This document shows, one piece after another, positions 42,077 to 51,431 of a DNA stretch of 64,000 nt. The stretch spans positions 372,001 through 436,000 of IMG/VR virus record IMGVR_UViG_3300046517_002304. One strand, given 5' to 3'. The first letter of the stretch is position 1, and every line of letters begins with the position of its first letter. A program made the translations under genes and the position numbers. The notes below the pieces were generated by a model, which did not search any database, had not been told where the DNA came from, and worked only from the letters and a program-made list of their open reading frames with translations.

Positions 42077-42294
42077 GTTTTAAACTCCTCGTAAAACCGG
42101 TACAGATAACTTCGATTAACTTCAAATCCACTATACTTGGCGACACAAGGTATTTTATACTTTTTAATAAACTGCGCAAGATGTACGCGATCAGCAAAAC
42201 TTGCGCCTTTAATAAACCTAATAGCATTATTAATATAGGTAATTGTTATTACCGGCTTTTTATGGTCAACTACTATCTTTACTTCTGCTTTCAT
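42073..42294 (-). CDS. MKAEV family protein
   Basis: MKAEVKI start. Confidence 0.75.
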   Translation of the reverse strand: MKAEVKIVVDHKKPVITITYINNAIRFIKGASFADRVHLAQFIKKYKIPCVAKYSGFEVNRSYLYRFYEEFKT

Positions 42295-42295
42295 A

Positions 42296-42532
42296 TTAAA
42301 CTGCCCAATTCTCTACATCATACATCTTATTCATTCTGAAAACATAATTGACGCCATCAGATGCACAGGCTAAATAATAAATTTTTGATCCCATTAATCT
42401 TTTCGTAAAAACGTCAACAACATCTGGTGGAACATATACCATTTGAGCACCGGAAATCTCAGAAGGACCAGATTTTACCCCTCTATGACCAAAAGTGGTT
42501 TTTAGCAATTCTATCTTTACTTCTGCTTTCAT
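42296..42532 (-). CDS. MKAEV family protein
   Basis: MKAEVKI start at 42532 (ATGA overlap); VYVPPDVVDVF. Confidence 0.75.
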   Translation of the reverse strand: MKAEVKIELLKTTFGHRGVKSGPSEISGAQMVYVPPDVVDVFTKRLMGSKIYYLACASDGVNYVFRMNKMYDVENWAV

Positions 42533-42744
42533 TCTTGAATATTCCACTTAGTAGGATCTACAGAGCCTGGCACCTTATAGCTATAATAACTGTACATGTG
42601 ACCAGTTTGATTTTTAAAACACGGCACACCTTTACTTTCCGCTATTTCCAGGAACTTATCAAGAACAGTCTTCTTAACCAAAATATCTTTCCATAGAGAT
42701 AATTGATTGAAATTAAAAATACTTACACTAACTTCTGCTTTCAT
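42529..42744 (-). CDS. MKAEV family protein
   Basis: MKAEVSV start at 42744; ends WNIQE. Confidence 0.75.
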   Translation of the reverse strand: MKAEVSVSIFNFNQLSLWKDILVKKTVLDKFLEIAESKGVPCFKNQTGHMYSYYSYKVPGSVDPTKWNIQE

Positions 42745-42916
42745 CCTGAACCGCCCAATTCTCTCCATCGCTCAAATAATTTATGCCTAGTTTCCTTACT
42801 GATAGCAATCATAAATGCCGGACTTAGCAATTTCCGTCGCAACTCTTCTTTTTCATTCTTAATTCTTGCAATTCTCTTGCGCTGAAGTCTCAGTGATTCA
42901 GATATAATGTGATAAA

Positions 42917-43159
42917 TCATTCTCGCACATTCCATAATCTAACATTATGAAAAGCGGGGATGCGAAATACAGTACAGGACATTAATGGCGTTCCTTTCTG
43001 TATGAAGTATTTTACTCCACGATCTTTAGCACATGATGTAAAAAGATCAACTAAATCTGGCGGAACATAAACATACTGTATTGTATCCCACTTACCGACA
43101 TCAATATTTTTAAACGGTTGCCTGAAATCTAACAAACTTATCCTTACTTCAGCTTTCAT
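42917..43159 (-). CDS. MKAEV family protein
   Basis: MKAEVRI start; VYVPPDLVDLF; ends WNVRE. Confidence 0.75.
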   Translation of the reverse strand: MKAEVRISLLDFRQPFKNIDVGKWDTIQYVYVPPDLVDLFTSCAKDRGVKYFIQKGTPLMSCTVFRIPAFHNVRLWNVRE

Positions 43160-43283
43160 TTTTTATTCTTATAAGTTTTTAAATTCTGCCGAACACGTTC
43201 CGCTTTTTCACGATTACCATTACGATCTAAAACCTTCTTCAGTTGTTTCCTAACTGCATCCGATGCAATGTGGGGGCCAGTCA

Positions 43284-44039
43284 TTAAAACTGTCCTTTAT
43301 TCGGACTGGCTCCTACTAGCGGGCTAGTAAGCTGTTGGACTCTTTCTTCACGAGGCTTCTTTGCCTGCGCCATCATTTTTTCTTTTTGCTGAAGAAGAAG
43401 TTCAATATTAATCTGACTGTTCAAATCCTTATCCTTATACTTCAAAGAATTCTTAAATGCGTTCAGTGAATTAAGAAAAGTTTCTTCCGCATTATCGGGA
43501 GTAGACAATAGCTGCAAATGACGGAAGTAAATGCATCCTTTTGTGTACCACAACATATAGTTGTATTCACTAGAGCCATTATAAGAAATAGTTTCAACGT
43601 AAACCTTTGCCTCATTATAATCCGATATAATACTACGGGAAAGAGTTGATATGAGCGAATGCTGCTCAGGAGTCAAATAAAAATTAGCTTCTGGTTTAGA
43701 CGTATCTCTGTTATCATAAAAAACCTTATGCAGGTTTTTAGCCTTAACGAAATCTCGCTCTGCTCTACGAAGCAATGACAGCGCCATCTTAAGCTTCAGA
43801 ACAGACTCAATTTCGTTTTTGTTATCAACTTCTAGTAAGGATATTTTATACTCAATATTTTTAATGTCATCTGGCTGCGCGGGAGCTGAATTAGCATCAT
43901 CCATCGCTCGCTGTACAGAAGATATGTTATTGTGCTCTGTATCAGAGCGATTCTTATATGCAGAATATACCACATATATTACCACAATAATAAACGCATT
44001 AATACTAAGCCAAACCAACCCATTCCACAACTTACTCAT
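43284..44039 (-). CDS. membrane-anchored TPR-like protein (BatC/MxaK-like)
   Basis: N-terminal TM; WYTKGCIYF...FKNSLKY...SQINIELL; located in the vWA cluster. Confidence 0.55.
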   Translation of the reverse strand: MSKLWNGLVWLSINAFIIVVIYVVYSAYKNRSDTEHNNISSVQRAMDDANSAPAQPDDIKNIEYKISLLEVDNKNEIESVLKLKMALSLLRRAERDFVKAKNLHKVFYDNRDTSKPEANFYLTPEQHSLISTLSRSIISDYNEAKVYVETISYNGSSEYNYMLWYTKGCIYFRHLQLLSTPDNAEETFLNSLNAFKNSLKYKDKDLNSQINIELLLQQKEKMMAQAKKPREERVQQLTSPLVGASPNKGQF

Positions 44040-44048
44040 AAGATACTC

Positions 44049-45080
44049 CTAAACAGATGTTATGTTTTTATTAACTAAAAAAGCGGCGCAAATCATTACT
44101 AAGGCCAGCAATGCAAAATGCTGAGAAAACGACTTCTTATGCCAGACCTTAGTGTTTTTATAAGCGGACTCAATCTCAAAAATCTTCTTGTATGCCTCTG
44201 CTAAATTTTTAGGCTTAACAACTAGAAAATCTCCCCCAGTGTCCTTAACCGCTTTTAAGAAACCAGAAGAACCCATTATACCACTAATCGGCATTAAGTC
44301 AATGATATAAACAGTAATTCCGAAATTTTTACATAAATCAACGACCTTAACAGCAGAAAGATCAGACCTATTCATTGCCGTTGGATTGAAATAACCATCG
44401 GTAAAAAGAACCAGACAATTTCCCCGAGCCATTTCAGATATAGAAGATACTTTGTTTTTAAGTTTACTTATATCAGCCGTAACACCGGCTCCCAAACATC
44501 CTTTATGCATGATTTCTAAATCTGCATCAAGTAGTCCAGTATTCTTAAAGGCAACCTTAACGCCGGTCCATAAAGCCTTTTCTACTTGAGTTCCGCCAGC
44601 AAGCGGAGGCTTTTCCCAATTAATGTCGTTCATTTTTTCTACAATGAAATCAGTATCATCAATTAAATAAGATACAACAAAAGCATTATCTGAAAAAACA
44701 ACAAAGCCCACCAAGTCCTCTCGCTTCTTTTCTTTCAGTAAATCTAGAAACTTTTCATTTGCATCCATCAATGGCTCAACTAAACTCCCGAAAACCATTG
44801 ACATTGATCCGTCATTTATAAGAGTATAGCTTCTTTTTGGTGATGCATATTCAGTATAATAACCAGAAAAGCATATTCCTACCGCTGCACAGAAAAGTGA
44901 TGCACAAGCAATATAATTGAAGGCTTTTCCATAGTTAAACTTTGACTTAACGCCAGAATAAACTATAGATGAAATCTTTACATAGTATTTTGGCTTCCTT
45001 AGAATAAAAAACAAAGGAACCAATACAACTAAAAACAACCAATAAGAATGCTCTAACGTCAAGATTAGGCTCCTGAGCAA
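44049..45080 (-). CDS. membrane vWA-domain protein (BatA-like)
   Basis: N-terminal TMs; NDGSMSM, DLVGFVVFSDNA, GGT, LFTDG; C-terminal TM. Confidence 0.85.
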   Translation of the reverse strand: MLRSLILTLEHSYWLFLVVLVPLFFILRKPKYYVKISSIVYSGVKSKFNYGKAFNYIACASLFCAAVGICFSGYYTEYASPKRSYTLINDGSMSMVFGSLVEPLMDANEKFLDLLKEKKREDLVGFVVFSDNAFVVSYLIDDTDFIVEKMNDINWEKPPLAGGTQVEKALWTGVKVAFKNTGLLDADLEIMHKGCLGAGVTADISKLKNKVSSISEMARGNCLVLFTDGYFNPTAMNRSDLSAVKVVDLCKNFGITVYIIDLMPISGIMGSSGFLKAVKDTGGDFLVVKPKNLAEAYKKIFEIESAYKNTKVWHKKSFSQHFALLALVMICAAFLVNKNITSV

Positions 45081-46537
45081 CAGTCAAGATTAACTAACTG
45101 CTTTAGTCTAACGATATCTGGAGCGGTATCCCTAGCATACGTCTTTTCCAACTCATCAAAAATTTCATGTGCGGGGAAATATCTCGTATCATAATTTGGA
45201 TTCAATTTTAAATATTCGGACATAATCTTAGCATAAACATCGCGCCAGTTATTCTGGTCGCAACCGTTTAATAGACCATTTAAAATATCCTTAAAACTAG
45301 GAATATATTCCACTATAGCAGGCTCTTTAGATGAAAAGAAAAAGTAATTAAAGCCTACCCCAATAAGAACTATAAGAACACCACATATTAGCGCAACGTA
45401 CGCAAAACTCTTCCCAGAAATACTTGCAAGAACACATGGGTAATTATAGTTATCTGGTATGCTCTGAATATCTGTAATCATTGGAGTCAGTAAGCTAGAT
45501 ACATGAAAGACAGGATTTATTTTTATTAGGGTTGAACCAACCGTATTATTGTGTGTTGTAGAAACATAGTGATAGGCGCTAAATTGAAAAAGACCTGGAG
45601 TATAAACATGAAAAGGGTAAACAATACTATATGTCCAATAATCTTTATGATATGCCTTTTTTACCTGTGGATCTTTAAAAGCAATTAAGTTTTCGTCTAT
45701 CTGCTGCATTGATAAATTAGATGAAAATGTTGCGGCAGTGACGGTAGGGTTAATATCAAACACCGATTCAAATGTTAGATGTGCAATTTCCTCTTCTTCG
45801 GAAACCTTGTAGCTATTCGGAAGAGTGATTTCGCAGTGCAAGAACCGTTCTTCTCCAAGCGTTCCAGCACCATTATTTTCCAGCCATACCTTAACGCTAA
45901 CCTGTTCTACCGGCGACATAAGAGGATGCACGCTGCTAAAGAAGGCATATCCAGATAAAGTGGTTGATAGATATATAGAGTTTCTGTATACTCCGTAATC
46001 ATCCATATGAAGAATATATTCTCCTGGGGAAATAAGCGGAGTTAGCTTAAATTCAGGCGTGTGTAAAATAGATTCTAAATACTTATTAACAGCTTCTATG
46101 GCAGATGGTTGTTTGACACTAATCCGAACGCCATCAGACAAAAAATAAAGATTACCGTTTTCGTCCTTAATAACTGGTATCATTTGCTCATACTTACCCA
46201 ATACCTTAATGGTATCCCTAATGTTATCAAACTCTATCATGTAGGCATTTGCGTTATTACTCGCCCAAATCCCAAGCCTATCCTGCGGCCTAGATGCAGC
46301 GGCGTAGTCAGAAATTTCTTTTATGGAACCACTGTATTCTTTTACAATATCCTGCACAATTTCAGTGCTCAACACTCCGTAGCCTGTATTACCTTTGTAT
46401 AAAAGCATTTTCGGCTGTAGTTCCCAAACAACCAAATTTCCATTTTTGTTCTTATAAGAAAAGTCGGTATCAGTATATGTTCTAGCAAAACTCACATTAG
46501 CGAGCAATAGAGTTAACACAAAACAAATAATTCTCAT
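45065..46537 (-). CDS. secreted/membrane protein (BatD-like position)
   Basis: Signal peptide, beta-rich body, C-terminal TM; between DUF58 and vWA genes. Confidence 0.5.
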   Translation of the reverse strand: MRIICFVLTLLLANVSFARTYTDTDFSYKNKNGNLVVWELQPKMLLYKGNTGYGVLSTEIVQDIVKEYSGSIKEISDYAAASRPQDRLGIWASNNANAYMIEFDNIRDTIKVLGKYEQMIPVIKDENGNLYFLSDGVRISVKQPSAIEAVNKYLESILHTPEFKLTPLISPGEYILHMDDYGVYRNSIYLSTTLSGYAFFSSVHPLMSPVEQVSVKVWLENNGAGTLGEERFLHCEITLPNSYKVSEEEEIAHLTFESVFDINPTVTAATFSSNLSMQQIDENLIAFKDPQVKKAYHKDYWTYSIVYPFHVYTPGLFQFSAYHYVSTTHNNTVGSTLIKINPVFHVSSLLTPMITDIQSIPDNYNYPCVLASISGKSFAYVALICGVLIVLIGVGFNYFFFSSKEPAIVEYIPSFKDILNGLLNGCDQNNWRDVYAKIMSEYLKLNPNYDTRYFPAHEIFDELEKTYARDTAPDIVRLKQLVNLDCCSGA

Positions 46538-47319
46538 AATAGTTTCCTTACCAGCGGCAAAAGCGGATTCTGCGAAATAACATCTATACTAATCGGCGTA
46601 CAATTCAATCTTAATAAATCTGTATGAATTTTATCTTGCCATGCGGCATACTTGGTCTTTGACAAATTGGCGTTCACATAGCATCCGGTTTCACCGTCAA
46701 AACAAACGCATGTTCCATAATTATTTTGATTTTCATTCATTATTAATGAATAAATTTTATTATTAGCAGATATAAACCGAATAGCTCTTTTCGCCTTCTC
46801 CGTTAATTCAAAATAAAAATCTGAAATAATAAACACTAATGAATTTTCAGTTAAGCAGTTAGACAGCGCAGCCAAAGCGCTTTCTACATTAGACTTCCCA
46901 CTAAAAACTACCCCGGCAATCGCATCCTGCACTCTGCCGTAGTCATTAGTGATAGACATCTCTTGTGCCTTATCGCTAAACGTTAGTAACGATATTCTAT
47001 CTCCAGAAAACTCAGTTAAAAACAATAGGTACAACGCTGCCAGCAAACTTACATCAGATTTATCGCCGCATTCTCCAGAACCAGACGTATCTAAAACAAT
47101 ATAGACATCTAGTTGTTTTTCTGGATCATATGTCTTTGCCATTATTTCATGGCATTTAATGCTATTTTTTGTATCTATTCTCTTATCAGACGGCTGAAAC
47201 TTCTTGGCTGAATTAATGTCCTCATAGTTATCCAGTAAAGATGATAGGTGATTGCCGCTTGGATAGGCGGATAGTAGGTTTTTAGCCTTTAATTCAAGGT
47301 GTCTGAAATTGCACTTCAC
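46534..47319 (-). CDS. DUF58 / vWA-like protein
   Basis: G.HLS...KRID.K.S...KTYDPEKQLDVYIVLDTSGS, GDRISL, IISDF. Confidence 0.8.
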   Translation of the reverse strand: MKCNFRHLELKAKNLLSAYPSGNHLSSLLDNYEDINSAKKFQPSDKRIDTKNSIKCHEIMAKTYDPEKQLDVYIVLDTSGSGECGDKSDVSLLAALYLLFLTEFSGDRISLLTFSDKAQEMSITNDYGRVQDAIAGVVFSGKSNVESALAALSNCLTENSLVFIISDFYFELTEKAKRAIRFISANNKIYSLIMNENQNNYGTCVCFDGETGCYVNANLSKTKYAAWQDKIHTDLLRLNCTPISIDVISQNPLLPLVRKLL

Positions 47320-47348
47320 TAAATAAAGTAGTGAATACTAAATAATAT

Positions 47349-47528
47349 ATGATGGAAAAATTCACTAATTTCTTCGCTTCCTGCTCTAGCTGGATTAAAG
47401 CCAAAAAACTTCAAATTTTAAGCTACGGTATTTTGGGCGTAATCCTTTGGTGGACGATTGTCGCGGTCTGGTGGGTAATCAAGATAATCCTATGCACCTG
47501 CTTCGGCATCTGTATCCTTTTTCCTTAA
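47349..47528 (+). CDS. small membrane protein (59 aa)
   Basis: Read by hand: MMEKFTNFF...ILGVILWWTIVAVWWVIKIILCTCFGICILFP*; preceded by TACTAAATA. Confidence 0.55.
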   Translation: MMEKFTNFFASCSSWIKAKKLQILSYGILGVILWWTIVAVWWVIKIILCTCFGICILFP

Positions 47529-48011
47529 TTATCTCTTCACCAAATCTTCGGCTCGTGGAAGCCAATACAGATTACTTAAAAATCCTATATGATTGTTATA
47601 CGCATACTTCGGCTTAGTATATCCATTCTTGAATAGATTAAGCAATTCTTTAGATTTAGCCGACCTAAAATAATGACCTGGACTTTTGAGTACTGCCGAA
47701 AAAATTGACTTCCTGAAGGAGTTAGCCGACCACCACCTGCCTAAATCAACATAAATAACAAATTCTGTATCGGTAACATAAAATTTCGCTTTATTTTTAA
47801 CCTTAGCATCTTTTTCAAATTCTATAATTCTGGAAACTGCATTCTCCCAGTTCCGACTACGAAAGTAAAAATCTCTATGACCTACTAGGTATTGTTGGAG
47901 ATTATCTCTACAACCGACCCAGTTGCCGTTACTTCGCGCGAATCGCATTCTTCCTCTACCATATCCGTAAATAGCGTTAGGCACATGAAGCGTACTCTTA
48001 GGTAGTTTCAT
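47529..48011 (-). CDS. 'WxxCR' paralog family protein
   Basis: MKLP, WVGCRD, WWSANSFRKSIFSAVLKS, FKNGY, LVKR. Confidence 0.7.
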   Translation of the reverse strand: MKLPKSTLHVPNAIYGYGRGRMRFARSNGNWVGCRDNLQQYLVGHRDFYFRSRNWENAVSRIIEFEKDAKVKNKAKFYVTDTEFVIYVDLGRWWSANSFRKSIFSAVLKSPGHYFRSAKSKELLNLFKNGYTKPKYAYNNHIGFLSNLYWLPRAEDLVKR

Positions 48012-48012
48012 A

Positions 48013-48534
48013 CTAACCTTTCTTAACTAATTCTTTAGGCTCTTTTGTTTTTAAGTTCTCTAAAAATCCATCTGACTCTGTGTATTTTATAGACGGCACA
48101 TGATACCCATCAATAAATAACTTAAGCAATTTTTGCGGCTTATCACCAGCAAAATACTTCTTTCTACTTTTAAGAATGGCCGAAAAAACAGACTGTCTCA
48201 AAGAATTCGCAGACCAGAAACTTCCCATTTTAACGTAAATACAATTCAATGTCTTAGTTTGATAAAATTCAGCAGGCTCTTTTAATCCCATCATTTTTTC
48301 AACATCGCGGACTCTTTTAACGCCAGATTCCCAAGTCTTATGGTAAAAATAAAATTCATTCGTGCTATGACTCACAATATAACTATGAAAAATATCCCTG
48401 CACTCAGTCCAATAACTTGTGCGAAATTTCGCCCTATTGTTCATACTCAAGTACATTGTACTTGGTGCGGGATTACCTGTTGGCGGTAACTTCATCTTAG
48501 CCTCAAGAAATGTAAGCTGTTCCGTTTTTAACAA
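48013..48534 (-). CDS. 'WxxCR' paralog family protein
   Basis: MKLP, WTECRD, FWSANSLRQSVFSAILKS, FIDGY, LVKK; true start probably at MKLP. Confidence 0.7.
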   Translation of the reverse strand: MLKTEQLTFLEAKMKLPPTGNPAPSTMYLSMNNRAKFRTSYWTECRDIFHSYIVSHSTNEFYFYHKTWESGVKRVRDVEKMMGLKEPAEFYQTKTLNCIYVKMGSFWSANSLRQSVFSAILKSRKKYFAGDKPQKLLKLFIDGYHVPSIKYTESDGFLENLKTKEPKELVKKG

Positions 48535-48717
48535 CTAGACTGTCCGCAACTCCGGCAATAACTACATGCGGCTGTGTTTTACGCTTCCTGCTGAATGTCC
48601 GCACGCTACAATCTAAATCATCTACTAATAGGCATTGCCCACGATAATGCACAGTTAATTTCGGTGAACCAAATTTACGTGAGGCAGGTTTGTTATAATG
48701 ATACCAGAAACTATAGC

Positions 48718-49005
48718 TCATTTCAACTCAGCCAGTCTGCCTAAAATAATATCTTCTTTCTGAAGTCCTTCTAGCCTTGATTCTTCCTTACCATCTTTAA
48801 AAAAGATGATCGTTGGTACAGCACGAATTTTATAATGGTTCGCGGTATCAGCAGAATGCTCCGCATCAACCTTAATAATCTTGACCACCTCTTTTAATTT
48901 GTCAAGAACTGGCTCCATCATTTTGCACGGACGGCACCAACTAGTATGAAAATCTACTAAGACAATTCCGCTCTTAATTTCATCATTAAATTCTTTTAAA
49001 TGCAT
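48718..49005 (-). CDS. trxA: thioredoxin
   Basis: VDFHTSWCRPCK, IRAVPT. Confidence 0.9.
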   Translation of the reverse strand: MHLKEFNDEIKSGIVLVDFHTSWCRPCKMMEPVLDKLKEVVKIIKVDAEHSADTANHYKIRAVPTIIFFKDGKEESRLEGLQKEDIILGRLAELK

Positions 49006-49345
49006 GTTTTTTTACTCCTTACGAATGAGTTGGTCCCTGATTGGACCAACGATTGAACGGCATTAAATGAAATAAACTTAACATCTACCGCTAATAAAGC
49101 AACCTCACTCAATAAAGTTATCTGAGCGTTTTTAAGCGGCTTCAAATCCCCAATATACGTTGACTGACCCGGACAATGATAGACAATGTATTCCTTCCCA
49201 TCTAGAAGAAGTGGACCTTGAATAACCTTGATTTTATCATTAACCCTCAAACGACGCATAGTCTTATAGGTGCCATCAGCGGAATAAATTCCGCTTGCCG
49301 TATTCCCAAGCACCCGAACTATATCGCCTACTTTAATCTTGCGCA

Positions 49346-50449
49346 TCAATCACCGTGTACTTTAACATTTCCAAGTGTTTTAGCAATTAAATCATCAATT
49401 ACATGTGATTCAGTTTGCAAATGTGGTGAAACATCAAGCAAAGAAGGAATTGCAGCGGGGTTAAGAAGCAATCGCCCTCTAAGAATTCTCGTGGCAACCG
49501 ATGCAATATCAAACGGGACAACATAATCTCTACCATTTAGCATAGCGTGCGCCATCCCGCCTGATTCAAGGTGAATCATAACACGATCATTCGCTGCGGG
49601 ATGCTGCTTAAATATCTGAATATTCTCTAAAACTTTTCTTTCAGCAACAAACAAACCGCTTTCAGCGGGATTATTAATAGCATTTAAAATTCTGGCACAG
49701 TAATAACGAATCTTGTCATCAACATAAACATGATCAAAGAAATACTCTCTTGCCTCATTTACGTCATCAAGCGTCATAACCTGCTTTAGCTCGTCAAAAT
49801 TAAAATGATGAGTTCTCTTTGCTACTTCAACTTTTTCATCTGCTGTAGTCGGCTTCATCAATACTTTATAAACAAACCTATCGCTTAAAGCTTCTGAGAG
49901 CTTGGACGTTCCCTTGTGCTGCTCTGATGGGTTAAGCGTAGCAATACAAATAAATGGATTTTTTAATTTATATGTATTATCCCCAATCGTCACCTGTTGC
50001 TCGGCCAACATTTCCAAGAATGCAGATTGCGCCTTTGGGCTAAACCGATTTACTTCATCTGCTAATAGAATATTAGCTTGATATGCGGCACCATGAACAA
50101 CGTGCTTGGTTGAATCCAGTAAATACATTTCGGAACCGACTAGATCGCCTGGTTGGGCGTCTGGAATACCAGAAATTCTCTTATTAGTTCCTGCCAGAAT
50201 AGACGAAACAGCTTTAACCAATACTGTCTTACCAGTCCCAGTACTTCCCTCAAGCAAAACGTGGCCGCAACCTAAAACTCGTTCTTTTGTTTCAACATTG
50301 AAATCTCTCTGGCCAACAGAGAATAGTCCCATGACCACCGTGTCAATCGCTTCAGTTTGGGCAACAATAATTCTCTTAAGAGCGTCCCGCAAAGGAAATA
50401 CTCTGGTCGTAAGATATTCTTCAAATTTAGCCGGACATTTAAACTTCAT
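49346..50449 (-). CDS. moxR: MoxR-family AAA+ ATPase
   Basis: GHVLLEGSTGTGKT, PD..PGDLVG, LLADEVNR..PKAQSAFLE, ATLNP.E..GT..LSEALSDRF, GRDYVVP. Confidence 0.9.
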   Translation of the reverse strand: MKFKCPAKFEEYLTTRVFPLRDALKRIIVAQTEAIDTVVMGLFSVGQRDFNVETKERVLGCGHVLLEGSTGTGKTVLVKAVSSILAGTNKRISGIPDAQPGDLVGSEMYLLDSTKHVVHGAAYQANILLADEVNRFSPKAQSAFLEMLAEQQVTIGDNTYKLKNPFICIATLNPSEQHKGTSKLSEALSDRFVYKVLMKPTTADEKVEVAKRTHHFNFDELKQVMTLDDVNEAREYFFDHVYVDDKIRYYCARILNAINNPAESGLFVAERKVLENIQIFKQHPAANDRVMIHLESGGMAHAMLNGRDYVVPFDIASVATRILRGRLLLNPAAIPSLLDVSPHLQTESHVIDDLIAKTLGNVKVHGD

Positions 50450-50451
50450 AA

Positions 50452-51039
50452 TTATTTCCTATTATAATGACAGTCAATTACATTACTACGGTAAAACTCT
50501 TTATATTCCATTATTCTTTTCTTGGATCTTAATCTGCTATATTCACCGGTATATTTTAGAACAGAAAGATACTCGTTCATCTTTTTCTTTCCCCATGCCT
50601 CAACCCACTTTTCGGCCTTCCATGCAGTTGCGATTGCTGCTTGAACATTATCTCTGTCCCTACTGTGATAAGACTTCCAAATTTTATTCCTATAGCAGTG
50701 TACGTGTCCCAACTCATGAAATACAAATGTAAACAATTCATTAATATTATAAAAAACAGAAAAATTTAAATAAATGCTTCCGCATGAAGCTGTGGACGCC
50801 TCTATTTCGCAATTCTTTCTAATAACAAATTGAACATCATGCTGTAAAGAAAGCTTAGTTAAAAGTTTTTTAATCGTATTTATATGCCTGTCCGACATAA
50901 GCAACTGACTTTTCATTAAGTCAGTTGCGCCATTATTAAATACAACCCGATTATTTTTCCACATCTTTTTGCACATTCGGCAATTAGACGTAGGCTTCCT
51001 CAAAACTCGATACTTTGGATGCTTTTTACATTTAATCAT
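50452..51039 (-). CDS. putative HExxH metallopeptidase-like protein
   Basis: FVFHELGHVH...E..(A)W. Confidence 0.45.
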   Translation of the reverse strand: MIKCKKHPKYRVLRKPTSNCRMCKKMWKNNRVVFNNGATDLMKSQLLMSDRHINTIKKLLTKLSLQHDVQFVIRKNCEIEASTASCGSIYLNFSVFYNINELFTFVFHELGHVHCYRNKIWKSYHSRDRDNVQAAIATAWKAEKWVEAWGKKKMNEYLSVLKYTGEYSRLRSKKRIMEYKEFYRSNVIDCHYNRK

Positions 51040-51431
51040 TTTACACCAATAAAGTTTTTAATTTTTAAAATAGTTTCCTGTAAATCCTGAACTTCCCATA
51101 CCTCTGGTTTATTTGAACCATTAGATGTAACGGATAAAACTTCTCCACTATTATAACATTCAATATCGGCATATAAATCACCTTTAGTAAATGCAATAGC
51201 AATCCCTTCGTCAGTAGACGGATCAATATGACTTGGCATCAAATCATATCCTGATAATAAAGCCAAAACCTTAACCGCACTATCAAACGCAACTTGATTA
51301 GGCGGGGCGCAACCTTCAGAGTGCCAATCAGGACCGAGATTCATAATTCTCTTTAACTGATCGTTCGGATCAATCGTAATAGGCTTTCTACCAAAACCAA
51401 ATAACTGCTTTAACCAATTAATCATTTAAGA

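Noticed and set aside
41822-43159. Diversity-generating retroelement or integron for the MKAEV array
   Set aside because: No reverse transcriptase, template/variable repeat pair, integrase or attC-like palindromes in the window.
36931-47235. Near-matches of the motif at 36931, 37221 and 47225
   Set aside because: They are 1-mismatch hits in mid-CDS, two antisense to their gene, and consistent with chance.
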